From Alkalispirochaeta sp. (GTDB lineage: Bacteria; Spirochaetota; Spirochaetia; DSM-27196; Alkalispirochaetaceae): a DNA stretch of 64,000 bases. The number at the start of each line of letters is the position of its first letter. Within the stretch, counting starts at the first letter, position 1. The position numbers and the translations under genes are program-made. The stretch is from positions 32,001 to 96,000 of the forward strand of contig CBDESZ010000022.1 of NCBI GenBank assembly GCA_965242725.1, written 5' to 3'. The notes beneath the pieces are model-generated. The model was not told the origin of the DNA and made no database searches. It was given only the letters and a program-made list of their open reading frames with translations. Of this stretch, positions 40,255 through 50,049 are shown in pieces.

Positions 40255-41127
40255 ATGGAGACCGTCGAGAGCATTCAAAGGAAGATCGAGCATCGATTTA
40301 ACGACTTGAGCACCGCCGAACGCCGCGTCGCCCGGGCCATGCTCGTAAACTACCCGCTTTCCGGTCTGGAAACGATCGCCACCGTCGCGGAACGGGCAAA
40401 TGTCAGCGATCCGACGGTGCTTCGTTTTATTGCAAAACTCGGTTTTAAACGGTACATCGACTTTCAAACGGCGATCAAGCAGGAACTTGATCAGCGCATG
40501 CAGGGTCCCCTGGGAATCCGCTCCGCCGCTCCCGGCTCCCAGACCGACCTCCAGAGCTACCTGAATACCTTCCATCAGGCTATTACAAAGAACGTGGAGG
40601 AGACCTTTCACGGTATTTCAAATGCCGAGTTTGAAGGCGTTCTGAACGTCCTTATGGATCTGAAGAAACAGATCCATCTGGTAGGAGGCCAGTTTACCGA
40701 CTCCGTCGCGCGATACCTCTATTTCCACCTCCGCAAAATGCGTCCCCAGGTGCATTTGATTCAGGGGCAGGGTCCCAGCAGAATCGACCACCTCCTGGAC
40801 CTCGGAAAGAAGGACGCACTCATCGTCTTTGATGTCCGAAGGTATCAGCCGGATATTGTGGAGTTTGCCGCCAGGGCATCGGAAAAGGTGGGAGCCCTCA
40901 TCGTCATTACCGACCAGTGGCTCTCACCGGCCGCCAAATATGCGGGGTACGTTCTCTCCTGCTGCGTCACTTCGGTCAGCCGCTGGGACAGCCTCGTCGG
41001 CATGACCGCGCTGATCGAAGCGCTCATGTCCTATTTTGCGGAACAACACTGGCAGGAAATACAGCCGCGCCTCGCCGCGCTTGAGGAGATCCGCAATGAT
41101 ATCGACTCCAGCCAGTATCTGGAATAA
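40255..41127 (+). CDS. MurR/RpiR family transcriptional regulator
   Basis: N-terminal HTH VSDPTVLRFIAKLGF; C-terminal SIS-like ITDQWLSP. Confidence 0.88.
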   Translation: METVESIQRKIEHRFNDLSTAERRVARAMLVNYPLSGLETIATVAERANVSDPTVLRFIAKLGFKRYIDFQTAIKQELDQRMQGPLGIRSAAPGSQTDLQSYLNTFHQAITKNVEETFHGISNAEFEGVLNVLMDLKKQIHLVGGQFTDSVARYLYFHLRKMRPQVHLIQGQGPSRIDHLLDLGKKDALIVFDVRRYQPDIVEFAARASEKVGALIVITDQWLSPAAKYAGYVLSCCVTSVSRWDSLVGMTALIEALMSYFAEQHWQEIQPRLAALEEIRNDIDSSQYLE

Positions 41128-41131
41128 CGGT

Positions 41132-41268
41132 AGTATTCAGAAGCCTGTTGATAATCCTTGTCTAACTCTCTCTGTGAAAGTGATTAATTGCCGAAAGAGG
41201 TGCCTGGAGAGAATAATTCCTCCCGGCGCAGACAGTTACGAAAAAAAATCAACACTCTTCTCAATACT
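41132..41268. repeat. 137-bp segment bounded by 21-bp imperfect inverted repeats (MITE/IS-remnant-like)
   Basis: AGTATTCAGAAGCCTGTTGAT (41132-41152) versus the reverse complement of 41248-41268, AGTATTGAGAAGAGTGTTGAT: 18/21 identical. Confidence 0.45.
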
Positions 41269-41354
41269 CGAATGAGGAGGCCGCGCCGGCGCAGTCCCGA
41301 CACCTACCGACGTACGCCGGGCGTCCCCCTCCAACCGCAATAACGCGGGCGACC

Positions 41355-42740
41355 CTACTTCGACTCGGGGTCGGTCATGCCCACGGCTTCTTCAAACTCA
41401 ATGCCCGTCTTGATTCGCGATTTTGAATAGCCCTGGTAGATCAGAACCAGGACGGCGGTACCGACGATAACATAGACGATGGCTATCGGATCGCTGGAAA
41501 AGACCATATACATCGTTGCAAGGACGCCCAGGAAGGCGACGACAAACAGTGCGGGCCGTATCCGTGCCGGCAGTTTCCACTGCAACTGCTCCCATTCACG
41601 GGGAAACTTCTGCTTGTATTTCACCGCCGCCATGAGGGTGATAAACCAGCAGACGATACCGACGCCGACACCGGTCATGCTGATCGTGACGTATGCCGCG
41701 GAAAGGGCGCCCCAGTTGCCCATAATAATCAGGGCAACGCCGATCGCCCAGGAAATGAGTATGGTGACCCAGGGAACGCGCGTCTTTTTTGTAAGCTTTG
41801 TAAAAGAGGGAGGGAGTGCCCCTTCCTGTGCCATTCCGTAGAGCAGCCGCGAAGCGGCGTACATTTCCGCGACAAGACACGTCACCGTCGCAACCCACGC
41901 CGCGAAGTTCATGATGAGTCCCGCATAGTTGCCCCATACCTGCGCCGCCGAATAGGTAAACGGAGACTCAAGGGCGGCAAACTCGGAGTACTTCACCAGT
42001 CCCACCATGACCAGCATGGAACTTGTATAAATCACTAGAAACGTGATGAACGCCCAGAACATCGCCTTCGGAAGAACCCGTGCATCCTTCAGCTCTTCAC
42101 CGGTGGTCAACAGTGCCAGGGGTCCCATGTAGGCATAGAGACCGAGGCCCGTGGCCGCCATGAAACCGGTAAAACCGTACGGAACGAGAGGCTGATAATT
42201 TGCCGGGTCGATCCGCCCGCTTACGAGGCCGGAAACTGCGAAGAGGAGCATCACGGCGGTCAGGATTGCCACCAGGACAAACTGAGCCTTTCCCGCCAGC
42301 TCCGCCCCGGACAAGCTTATCGCCATGATGGCGGTCAAGAGGAGTACGGACCAAATCACCGCCGAGAGGGTGGTATTGTCGGTCCATTGAAAGAAGTAGT
42401 TGCTGACGATCCCCGCAGCGATGGATACCGAGCCAAGGAAGGTGATATTCATCAGCGTGTATGACAGCCCGGCAACGGTGCCATATCCCGGCCCCTGAAT
42501 GCGACGGCTCCACAAATGGATCGATCCCGCCGTAGGCATTCCAATCGCGAGTTCACACATTGTCATCATGATGACCATCATCACGACACCGGCGACCAGA
42601 TAGGAGAATGCCGCGGAAGGCCCGGCAACGGAAACGCCCTGGCCGACCAGATAAAAAATGCCGTCACCGACCACCGCGCCGACTCCGATTGCCCAGACGT
42701 GCCAAAATGTCATTTTTCTCATCAGTCCAGAATCTGCCAT
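41355..42740 (-). CDS. APC family amino acid/amine permease
   Basis: GAVVGDGIF, ELAIGMPTAGS, SRLLYGMA; about 12 TM helices. Confidence 0.9.
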   Translation of the reverse strand: MADSGLMRKMTFWHVWAIGVGAVVGDGIFYLVGQGVSVAGPSAAFSYLVAGVVMMVIMMTMCELAIGMPTAGSIHLWSRRIQGPGYGTVAGLSYTLMNITFLGSVSIAAGIVSNYFFQWTDNTTLSAVIWSVLLLTAIMAISLSGAELAGKAQFVLVAILTAVMLLFAVSGLVSGRIDPANYQPLVPYGFTGFMAATGLGLYAYMGPLALLTTGEELKDARVLPKAMFWAFITFLVIYTSSMLVMVGLVKYSEFAALESPFTYSAAQVWGNYAGLIMNFAAWVATVTCLVAEMYAASRLLYGMAQEGALPPSFTKLTKKTRVPWVTILISWAIGVALIIMGNWGALSAAYVTISMTGVGVGIVCWFITLMAAVKYKQKFPREWEQLQWKLPARIRPALFVVAFLGVLATMYMVFSSDPIAIVYVIVGTAVLVLIYQGYSKSRIKTGIEFEEAVGMTDPESK

Positions 42741-42780
42741 TCCTTGTACCTCCCCCGTCGATTTGAAATATTCTCGTTTT

Positions 42781-42854
42781 AGTGTAGCCGGGATACTCCA
42801 GCTGTCAAGTAAAAATTACAATTATTCAATATTATGATTTTTAAGTAATTTTTA
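42781..42854 (-). promoter_or_regulatory. Permease promoter with upstream inverted repeat
   Basis: Minus strand TTGACA-16 nt-TACACT; TAAAAATTAC-N25-GTAATTTTTA inverted repeat (42810-42854) abuts the -35. Confidence 0.6.
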
Positions 42855-43646
42855 TTTCTTCTCATGTTCGTCCCGGGGTGCATCAGCCCCTGTTGCCTCG
42901 AACTTCAGGAGAATGTTGAGCAGGTGATCGGTGATCACCTTTATCGACTCCCCTTCGCGGAGCAGATCCTGTCTGATTTCAATGAGGACCGCGTCGACAT
43001 TCCTTTGTCCGCCGTGGGCGTGCATGCCGTAATCTCCATCACGGGTGACCGGATAGGGTTGATTGATACCGACCGGCCTGAGTTCCGTGTTCTGCAACTC
43101 CTCTATGAGATAGGAGGCGAAGGAAGATTGATTTTCATAGGTTATGCCGATCGGCCACGGTCGCCGGCGCCCGTTCAGAATCGGAGTAAAGCTGTGAATT
43201 GCCAGATAGTACATATTTCCCTTGCGCCGTATGTGGGAGGAAAGGGTCTCGGTGATGGCTTCATGATAGGGAAAAAAAAGTTCGTCATACCTTCGTCGCC
43301 GCGCGTCCGCCGTCAGCGTGACGTTGCCGGGAATGGTTACACCGTGGATCGTCGGGGGAATCGATTCCGGTGCATCCAGCGGCCTGTTACAGTCTATGAC
43401 GAGGCGGGAGAATTTCGTTGCGACCAGTGGGGCGTCCAGTGCATCGGATATGGCCGTACTCACCTCGTACGCCCCGATATCCCAGCCGGCGTGGGAGTTC
43501 AGGGTATCCGCAGAAACACCGAGATCCCCGAGCCGCTCGGGCACGGCGTTGAATGCGTGATCGCATGTCAGAAATATCCGTGATTTCCCGTCGCCGTTTC
43601 TGACCGTATACGCCGGTCTTTCATGATCAAAAAGCAGTTCTTCCAA
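42852..43646 (-). CDS. N-formylglutamate amidohydrolase family protein
   Basis: TCDHA, HAGWDIGA, SRLVIDCNR, HSFTP, NQPY, IEIRQDL. Confidence 0.88.
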   Translation of the reverse strand: MEELLFDHERPAYTVRNGDGKSRIFLTCDHAFNAVPERLGDLGVSADTLNSHAGWDIGAYEVSTAISDALDAPLVATKFSRLVIDCNRPLDAPESIPPTIHGVTIPGNVTLTADARRRRYDELFFPYHEAITETLSSHIRRKGNMYYLAIHSFTPILNGRRRPWPIGITYENQSSFASYLIEELQNTELRPVGINQPYPVTRDGDYGMHAHGGQRNVDAVLIEIRQDLLREGESIKVITDHLLNILLKFEATGADAPRDEHEKK

Positions 43647-43694
43647 TTCGGCCCCCTGTCACCTATCCTTACCGTGCTCCGTCTCATTGCGAAG

Positions 43695-43773
43695 TGTAAT
43701 AATTATTACATGTTCATCTTTCATTGTCAAAACGTAATTTATGCTTGACCGGGGTTCCGGCGGCTGGTACGAT
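43695..43773 (+). promoter_or_regulatory. Palindromic operator and promoter of the GS-like gene
   Basis: Perfect 16-bp palindrome TGTAATAATTATTACA (43695-43710); TTGACC-17 nt-TACGAT (43745-43773). Confidence 0.65.
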
Positions 43774-43816
43774 AATTCCACAACTGGATACGGACCACTC
43801 ATATAAGGAGCAGAAC

Positions 43817-45160
43817 ATGGGGGACATTGAACGAATACAGAAAATTGTCCGGGAGCGGGATATAGAACTGACCCGATTTCTCTATACCGACAACGACGGT
43901 GTGACCAGGGGCTATTCCACCACCGCCGACTCCCTGAAAGGCGATCTTGAGCGGGGACACACATACGCAATCGCCATGCCGCTCTTCAGCGCCCATGATG
44001 ACCTCGTTCCTGACAGTAACTACGGTCCCGTCGGTGAGCTGCTGGCAAAGCCCGACCTCAGCACCTTTACCGCGATTCCCTATGCGGAGAAATCGGCCGC
44101 CGTCATTTGCGACTTCCACGACATAAACACCTACGAACCGAGTCCACTCTGTCCCCGATCGGCACTCAAGAAGACCCTCGGCAAGAGCCGGTATGAAGTT
44201 ACGGCAGCTTTTGAAAATGAATTTTATTTCCTGCTCCACGACGAGTCGGGGAATGTCGTTTCAGCGGAGGAGAGTCTCTGTTTCGATACCCGCGGCATGA
44301 ACGTAATGAACCGCGTCATCCTGGATATTATCGAGAACCTCAAGGTCCAGGGCATAACGGTGGAGAAACACTACCCGGAGTACGGCCCCGGCCAGCACGA
44401 AATCGTCACCAAATATGCCGACGCGCTGCGGGCCGCGGACAATCAGATACTCTTCAAGGAGACGGTGAAAGCCGTTGCCGCCCGGCATGGCCTCATCGCG
44501 TCGTTCATGCCGAAACCCTTTGAAGACAAATCCGGCAGCGGAGCCCATATTCATATCAGCCTGCAGGAAAATGGACGGAATGTCTTTTACGACGGCGCAC
44601 ACGAAAGCGGATACAGCGATATCGCGCGCTATTTCATTGGAGGCATCCTGAAACATGTCGAAGGGATTCTCGCCTTTACCTCTCCCATCGTAACATCCTA
44701 CAAACGCATCATACCCCACAACTGGGCAAGTGCCTTTGCGGCTTACGGCGATGCAAACAAGGAAACTGCCGTCCGTATCATTCGGGGGCTGCGGGGAAAT
44801 GAAGAAAAGGGATTCAATATCGAATTCAAACCCGCCGACGGCACCGCAAATCCCTACCTCGCCCTGAACGCACTGCTCATCGCGGGCTTTGACGGCATCA
44901 GAAACAAGATTGATCCCGGTCCGGAGCTGACGGTCGATCCGGCGGAGCTCTCCGGAGAGGAACTGGCGAAGCGGGGGGTCCGGGAACTCCCCAAATGCCT
45001 CGGCGAGGTGATCACCGCGCTGGAGGGAGACGAGCTTTTTCGGACGGAACTCGACCCCATACTTTACGCTGAATATCTGAAAATCAAGAAGTACAACTGG
45101 ACCAAATATCTCCGCCACGTATCACAATGGGAGATCGATAACTTTCTTACGATCTTTTAG
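43817..45160 (+). CDS. Glutamine synthetase-like gamma-glutamyl ligase
   Basis: FENEFY, EYGPGQHE, FMPKP, SGSGAHIHISL, NIEFKPADGTANPY; AAGGAG RBS. Confidence 0.88.
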   Translation: MGDIERIQKIVRERDIELTRFLYTDNDGVTRGYSTTADSLKGDLERGHTYAIAMPLFSAHDDLVPDSNYGPVGELLAKPDLSTFTAIPYAEKSAAVICDFHDINTYEPSPLCPRSALKKTLGKSRYEVTAAFENEFYFLLHDESGNVVSAEESLCFDTRGMNVMNRVILDIIENLKVQGITVEKHYPEYGPGQHEIVTKYADALRAADNQILFKETVKAVAARHGLIASFMPKPFEDKSGSGAHIHISLQENGRNVFYDGAHESGYSDIARYFIGGILKHVEGILAFTSPIVTSYKRIIPHNWASAFAAYGDANKETAVRIIRGLRGNEEKGFNIEFKPADGTANPYLALNALLIAGFDGIRNKIDPGPELTVDPAELSGEELAKRGVRELPKCLGEVITALEGDELFRTELDPILYAEYLKIKKYNWTKYLRHVSQWEIDNFLTIF

Positions 45161-45172
45161 GAGCCGACGAGT

Positions 45173-46261
45173 ATGGATTTGACGGATCTTCCGGTACTGG
45201 ACAACCATTGCCACTTTTTCTCGACCGAATTTGACGCGTCCCTGCCGCTTCACCGCGTTCTGACGCTCTCACTCAACGAAATGCCCGACGATCAGCTGCG
45301 TCATTCCCTGCTCTATCGCCACACCCTTTCGGCGTTGTCGTCTCTCTTCGACGTCTCCCTGGATGAATCTGTGATACTTGAAACCCGACGCAGGGAGGGT
45401 ACTGGAGACTACAAAAGGTACGTGCACCGCCTGATGGGGGACATCAATATGCGGTGGATGCTCGTGGACATCGGGCTGCAGCGCTCAACCGTCGACTTCT
45501 CCCGCTTTGAGGCACTCATGTCCTGCCCCGTCCACTACGTCTACCGCATTGAAACCGTGGTGGACAGGCTGGTACGGGAACACGTTTCCCCCGGGGAAGG
45601 GGTCGAACGGTTCCGTCAGGAAGTCACCGCCGCGGCACGACGGCTTCCCGCGGTTGCGCTGAAAAGCATCATCGGGTACCGGACCGGACTTGAAATCGAC
45701 CCGACCGTGACCGTTGCTGTCGCCGAGGAGCGGGGAGACGAGGCTTCCTACCGGAATCTCCTTTTCCTTGAAGCAACAGAAATCTGCCGCGAGCTCTCCA
45801 TTCCGATCCACATCCACTCCGCATTCGGGGAATCCAATATCGATGTCCGGCGCAACAACCCTCTCCACCTGAAGCCCTTTCTCGATTCATCGTTTGCACG
45901 GGATATCGCGGTAGTGCTCATCCACGGGGGGTATCCCCGCGTCTTTGAGGGAGGGTACCTGGCGGCGATGTACCCCAATGTCTACATAGACATTTCAGAG
46001 TTCATTCCCTTTGCAACAATGGGAATGCGGCGCGGGCTGGAAGATGTTATGAGCATGTGCCCCCTGAACAAGGTGATGTACGGCTCCGACGGATTTGACC
46101 TTCCGGAAACTCACTGGTATGCCGCACGAGCCGGAAAAGAGGCGCTCGCCGCGGTTCTCGAGGCGATGGTCGGCGGACGACAGATACCTGCGCACTATGC
46201 GGAAGAGGTCGCCCATATGGTACTGTACCGAAACTCCCTGAACCTGCACCGCCTTGAATAG
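45173..46261 (+). CDS. Amidohydrolase (FluG/NodGS N-terminal-like)
   Basis: DNHCH, KSIIGYRTGL, HIHSAFG, LIHGGYP, MYGSDG. Confidence 0.85.
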   Translation: MDLTDLPVLDNHCHFFSTEFDASLPLHRVLTLSLNEMPDDQLRHSLLYRHTLSALSSLFDVSLDESVILETRRREGTGDYKRYVHRLMGDINMRWMLVDIGLQRSTVDFSRFEALMSCPVHYVYRIETVVDRLVREHVSPGEGVERFRQEVTAAARRLPAVALKSIIGYRTGLEIDPTVTVAVAEERGDEASYRNLLFLEATEICRELSIPIHIHSAFGESNIDVRRNNPLHLKPFLDSSFARDIAVVLIHGGYPRVFEGGYLAAMYPNVYIDISEFIPFATMGMRRGLEDVMSMCPLNKVMYGSDGFDLPETHWYAARAGKEALAAVLEAMVGGRQIPAHYAEEVAHMVLYRNSLNLHRLE

Positions 46262-46275
46262 CGGCTCTACAGGCG

Positions 46276-46482
46276 TCACTTGCGCCGACGGCGACTGATG
46301 CGGGACAACCCGACGATAAGCCAGCTGGTGATCATTCCGGTGAGAAAGACCGCAAGCAACACCAGTACACGCGGCGCGGTGACCGTCCACCAGAGAAATG
46401 AGTAACTCACGACTTCCGCGTTCTGCGCGGCAAACACGACGATCACCGCCCCTATGACTATCCCGATAAGCATTCGTATCAT
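46276..46482 (-). CDS. LapA-family small membrane protein
   Basis: Two TM helices around FAAQNAEVVSYSFLWW; basic tail. Confidence 0.7.
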   Translation of the reverse strand: MIRMLIGIVIGAVIVVFAAQNAEVVSYSFLWWTVTAPRVLVLLAVFLTGMITSWLIVGLSRISRRRRK

Positions 46483-46495
46483 GGTACGTTCCAAT

Positions 46496-48454
46496 TTATA
46501 CCGTAGCCGCATATGTCGTCAAAACAATAAGCTCCACGGAACCGCTCAAATCGACTTCCAGATCGAGCGGCGGGTTGAGATATATCCCACCGTTGTATTT
46601 ACCCGGCGACGACACATACCTGATACCGATCAATGTCTCTCCATGAAGGTACACAATATCCCGGACGTCCCGGAAGGTTCGGCTGATACCCGTTATGGAA
46701 TAGGACCGTGACGATTCAAAATAGATTTCCGCGCCACCAACGGTGAAGAGTTCATCAAATACGCTGTTCAGCTCTCTCCGAAGGGAAACGTGGGCAATGA
46801 TGTGGCTCAACATATTGGTGCTGATGAGCACTTCTCCAGGTTTCCGGTGAAAGAGCCGTTCATTGTCGGGGTCCATGAGTTCCAGAAGGATTTCCGGCGA
46901 TCTGCCGTCATGGGACAACAGATCCTGCAGGACGAGATAACCGAGAATGGTCCGGGCGTCGGCTTCTTCATGGGACGAAAGCCATCCATTTGCCAGAAAG
47001 ACGATGTTGTCGTACCCCCCGGGGTTCAGGCGCATGAGATCGGACGAGGATGTGTAGTCTCCCTCGATATGGCGGACATTCGTTCCCCTGGGTAATGAGT
47101 CATTGCGAACCATCTGTGTCTCCCGTTCGGCAATCGGCACGAGGGAGAGGAGGTCTATCGCGAATGTTTCATGGGTATAGCTTCCGAATTCCCGGATAAG
47201 GGCGGGCACCTTGTGGTTCCAGCCGAGAATCAGCAGACGCTTCTTTACCTTCCGCCCGGCATCAGGGCGGCTGCGTCCCTGCCGTAGTGCAGGCGGAGAT
47301 ACGCTCGATCGCTCCACCGGTTCTATGGCCCGGTATTCCCGCGCCACAAAGACGATTCGATCACCGGGTTGTACGATCGTGCCCTCCGGTGGATTGAGAA
47401 GCGGGGAAAAACCGTCCTCACCGTTCCGGAGGAGTCCCAGAACGATGGCGTTCCGGAATCTGTCCGTCAGTTCCGCCACTGGTGTTCCCACGAAGCGGGG
47501 AAACTCACGCAGATATATCTCGTTCCCGTGACTGTGGGTCAAAAGCTCCGCATAAACATAGGAGAGGCCCCGGTGACGAACGTTCTGCGCTATGAGACGA
47601 CTGATTACGACATCTCCGGCGATCGCCTCAAGGTGCTTCCGGTAGGCCGTTCGTGCAATCGGAATCTTGCGGGGATCTATGAACTCCGCGACGACAAGGG
47701 GGTGCCGGGACAGTCTGTGAAAATTCTCGTCGTTGGCGACGGTCAGCAGCGATTTTATCACGCCCATATCGGATGCTTCAGAATCCTCCTCAAAGAAGTC
47801 CGAACCGGGATACATGATGACGCCGGCGCGGAGATAATCTACGCGTTCCAGGTGGTCCGCCCTCAGCGGTGATCCCGACCGGAAGGTGATGAGCGAGGCG
47901 TTCCAGTACGGACCGAGAGCCTCTTTCAGTTCCGTGAAGATCGATGTGCTCACGTCTTCCGCAAGAATGACGATGCGAAGCTTCCGCGCGCCGATACGTT
48001 TCAGGAAACGCCGCACCCTACCCTGGGAGACTGCCAGTTCCCGCACGATGGAGGCGGTGCGATTGGTCCAGCCGAGAATCAGAATATGGTCCTTCATTGA
48101 AATCGGCGTCAGGCCCCGCTCCAGTCTCCTCATCGTACCGTGGAGCCACTGCGTCATGATGGCGATGAGGGCGCCCATGAACAGGACGTACCCCAGTATG
48201 GTCACGACGGTTGATACAACCTTGAGAACCAGACCCTCGTCATCTCCGAGGTATCCGGGGTCGGTGAGCCGCAGAAAGGCCCACCACGCCGACGCGCCGA
48301 AGACGTCAAAACCGTCGGTAAGATGAAAAACAAGGAGCCCCGCCAGAAATGAGATGACACTTATGAGGGAGGCGATAATCAGGAGCTGGTACAGAGCTCC
48401 TTTCAGCAGGAGTTTTTCGATGAGAAAGGTGATTCGATCATAGAAGCGTTTCAT
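46496..48454 (-). CDS. CASTOR/POLLUX(DMI1)-like cation channel protein with RCK domains
   Basis: WWAFLRLTDPGYLGDD pore-like segment, HILILGW twice, GNEIY, LLNPP, ADARTI. Confidence 0.8.
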   Translation of the reverse strand: MKRFYDRITFLIEKLLLKGALYQLLIIASLISVISFLAGLLVFHLTDGFDVFGASAWWAFLRLTDPGYLGDDEGLVLKVVSTVVTILGYVLFMGALIAIMTQWLHGTMRRLERGLTPISMKDHILILGWTNRTASIVRELAVSQGRVRRFLKRIGARKLRIVILAEDVSTSIFTELKEALGPYWNASLITFRSGSPLRADHLERVDYLRAGVIMYPGSDFFEEDSEASDMGVIKSLLTVANDENFHRLSRHPLVVAEFIDPRKIPIARTAYRKHLEAIAGDVVISRLIAQNVRHRGLSYVYAELLTHSHGNEIYLREFPRFVGTPVAELTDRFRNAIVLGLLRNGEDGFSPLLNPPEGTIVQPGDRIVFVAREYRAIEPVERSSVSPPALRQGRSRPDAGRKVKKRLLILGWNHKVPALIREFGSYTHETFAIDLLSLVPIAERETQMVRNDSLPRGTNVRHIEGDYTSSSDLMRLNPGGYDNIVFLANGWLSSHEEADARTILGYLVLQDLLSHDGRSPEILLELMDPDNERLFHRKPGEVLISTNMLSHIIAHVSLRRELNSVFDELFTVGGAEIYFESSRSYSITGISRTFRDVRDIVYLHGETLIGIRYVSSPGKYNGGIYLNPPLDLEVDLSGSVELIVLTTYAATV

Positions 48455-48571
48455 AGAGGTCTACAGTGTAATACGCCCCTTCGCCGATTGCACTTACCGT
48501 TCGCGCATAAAATTTTCCCGATACCTTGACGATTTTCAAATGCTGTCATATGTTTACTTTTGAGGACATTA

Positions 48572-49261
48572 ATGGACAACAGCAGCCGTTTATGGTCACT
48601 ACAGGACTTGGCTACATATCTTCACGTTGCCGAGAAGACGGTATCGCGCATGATCCAACGGGGAGACCTCCCGGCGGTGCGGGTAGGAAATCAGTGGCGT
48701 ATCGTTCCTTCCGAGGTGACGGAGTGGATCGCCCGACAGCGAAGCCGCCCGGAATCGCTCAGGGACATGTTGCGATCGGACCCGATGGCGGTTCCTTTTG
48801 ACCGCCTGATCCGCGGGGAACATATTCTCTACGCACCGGAGATACGCGATGAGCCGACCGTATTGAAACGCCTTGCGGCGATGGTTGCCGATGCCTACCC
48901 GGAGGTAGACGCCGATGAATACCGCCTGGCCCTCGAGGAGCGGGAACAGCTCATGTCGACATCCCTCGGCGGGGGTGTTGCCGTACCGCATATTCGGCAT
49001 ATAGACCGAAATCCCCCGGACAGCCTGGACCCCTTTCTCCTGATAACCGGCGAGAACGTCTCCTTCGGGGGATCTCCATGTCGGATTTTCTGCCTGATAT
49101 GCACCGATGATCTGGTCCTCCACTTACGAATGATCCAAAAAATCACATACATCTTGCGCCGGGACGACGTAATCGAAGAACTGACGCGTCAGCACGACGT
49201 TGACGGAATACTTCGCGCGATCGTCCGCGCAGAAAGGACTTTATCCTATGAAGAATCATGA
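48572..49261 (+). CDS. Excisionase-type HTH + PTS EIIA domain protein
   Basis: LATYLHVAEKTV...LPAVRVGNQWR; EREQLMSTSLGGGVAVPH. Confidence 0.82.
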   Translation: MDNSSRLWSLQDLATYLHVAEKTVSRMIQRGDLPAVRVGNQWRIVPSEVTEWIARQRSRPESLRDMLRSDPMAVPFDRLIRGEHILYAPEIRDEPTVLKRLAAMVADAYPEVDADEYRLALEEREQLMSTSLGGGVAVPHIRHIDRNPPDSLDPFLLITGENVSFGGSPCRIFCLICTDDLVLHLRMIQKITYILRRDDVIEELTRQHDVDGILRAIVRAERTLSYEES

Positions 49262-50036
49262 AATTGCACTTGCCGAGTGCGGCGCACATATCCGCATCGA
49301 CAATGGCGACCTCGTCCTTGAAGAGGCGGCACGCCGCATCGCCGACGCACTGTCACTTCCGGAAGCCGACGTCCTGCGCCGGCTGAAGCATCGTGAATCA
49401 CAGGGTTCCACGGGGCTTGAAAAAGGAGTCGCCCTGCCGCACTGCTCCCTTCCCGACGCGGATCGCTTCACCGTGGGGATCATCACCACCCGGGAACCCA
49501 TCGATTTTCGTGCCGTCGACGGCAAAAAATCGGACATCTTCGTCTTCGCCGCGGGACCGGAACAGAAGAGATCAGATCACGTCCGCATACTGGCGGCCCT
49601 CACGGCGCAGCTGAAGGAAGAGGGGGTACGAAAGGATATCCGTGAAGCCGACGACGGGGGCAACCTGCAGAAAATGCTCTCCAACGCCCTGCTTCCGGAG
49701 GAGCATGAAGAGACCGATCGCTATTCCCTCCTCCTCGTGTATGTACAGAATCAGGATCACTACGAGTCGATCCTTGAGATCATTTCCGCGGAAAAAGACG
49801 CGTCGGTCTCCGTCATGGACGCAAAGAGCGCCGGATCAATCCTGCACCGACTCCCCCTCTTTGCCACCTTCTGGAACGAAAGTGAAACCCGTGAAATCCA
49901 CCGTATTGAGGCGGTTCTGCCTGCGGACCGCACCAACCGGTTGATCCGCAAAATTGAAGAAATCAATACGTCCCGCAGGGGCGTCCAAATAAGCGTACTC
50001 GATCTCAGCTATGGATCGGGTGTCCTTGATCTGTGA
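49248..50036 (+). CDS. PTS EIIA domain protein with small C-terminal (P-II-like?) domain
   Basis: RESQGSTGLEKGVALPH, IDFRAVDG, HVRILA. Confidence 0.78.
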   Translation: MKNHEIALAECGAHIRIDNGDLVLEEAARRIADALSLPEADVLRRLKHRESQGSTGLEKGVALPHCSLPDADRFTVGIITTREPIDFRAVDGKKSDIFVFAAGPEQKRSDHVRILAALTAQLKEEGVRKDIREADDGGNLQKMLSNALLPEEHEETDRYSLLLVYVQNQDHYESILEIISAEKDASVSVMDAKSAGSILHRLPLFATFWNESETREIHRIEAVLPADRTNRLIRKIEEINTSRRGVQISVLDLSYGSGVLDL

Positions 50037-50049
50037 GCGAGGCAGTACA

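Noticed and set aside
43817..45160. Canonical glnA
   Set aside because: Divergent active-site motifs and a catabolic neighbourhood favour a GS-like ligase, so no symbol was assigned.
48572..48760. Prophage/ICE excisionase
   Set aside because: The HTH is fused to a PTS EIIA domain; no integrase or att-like context was seen.
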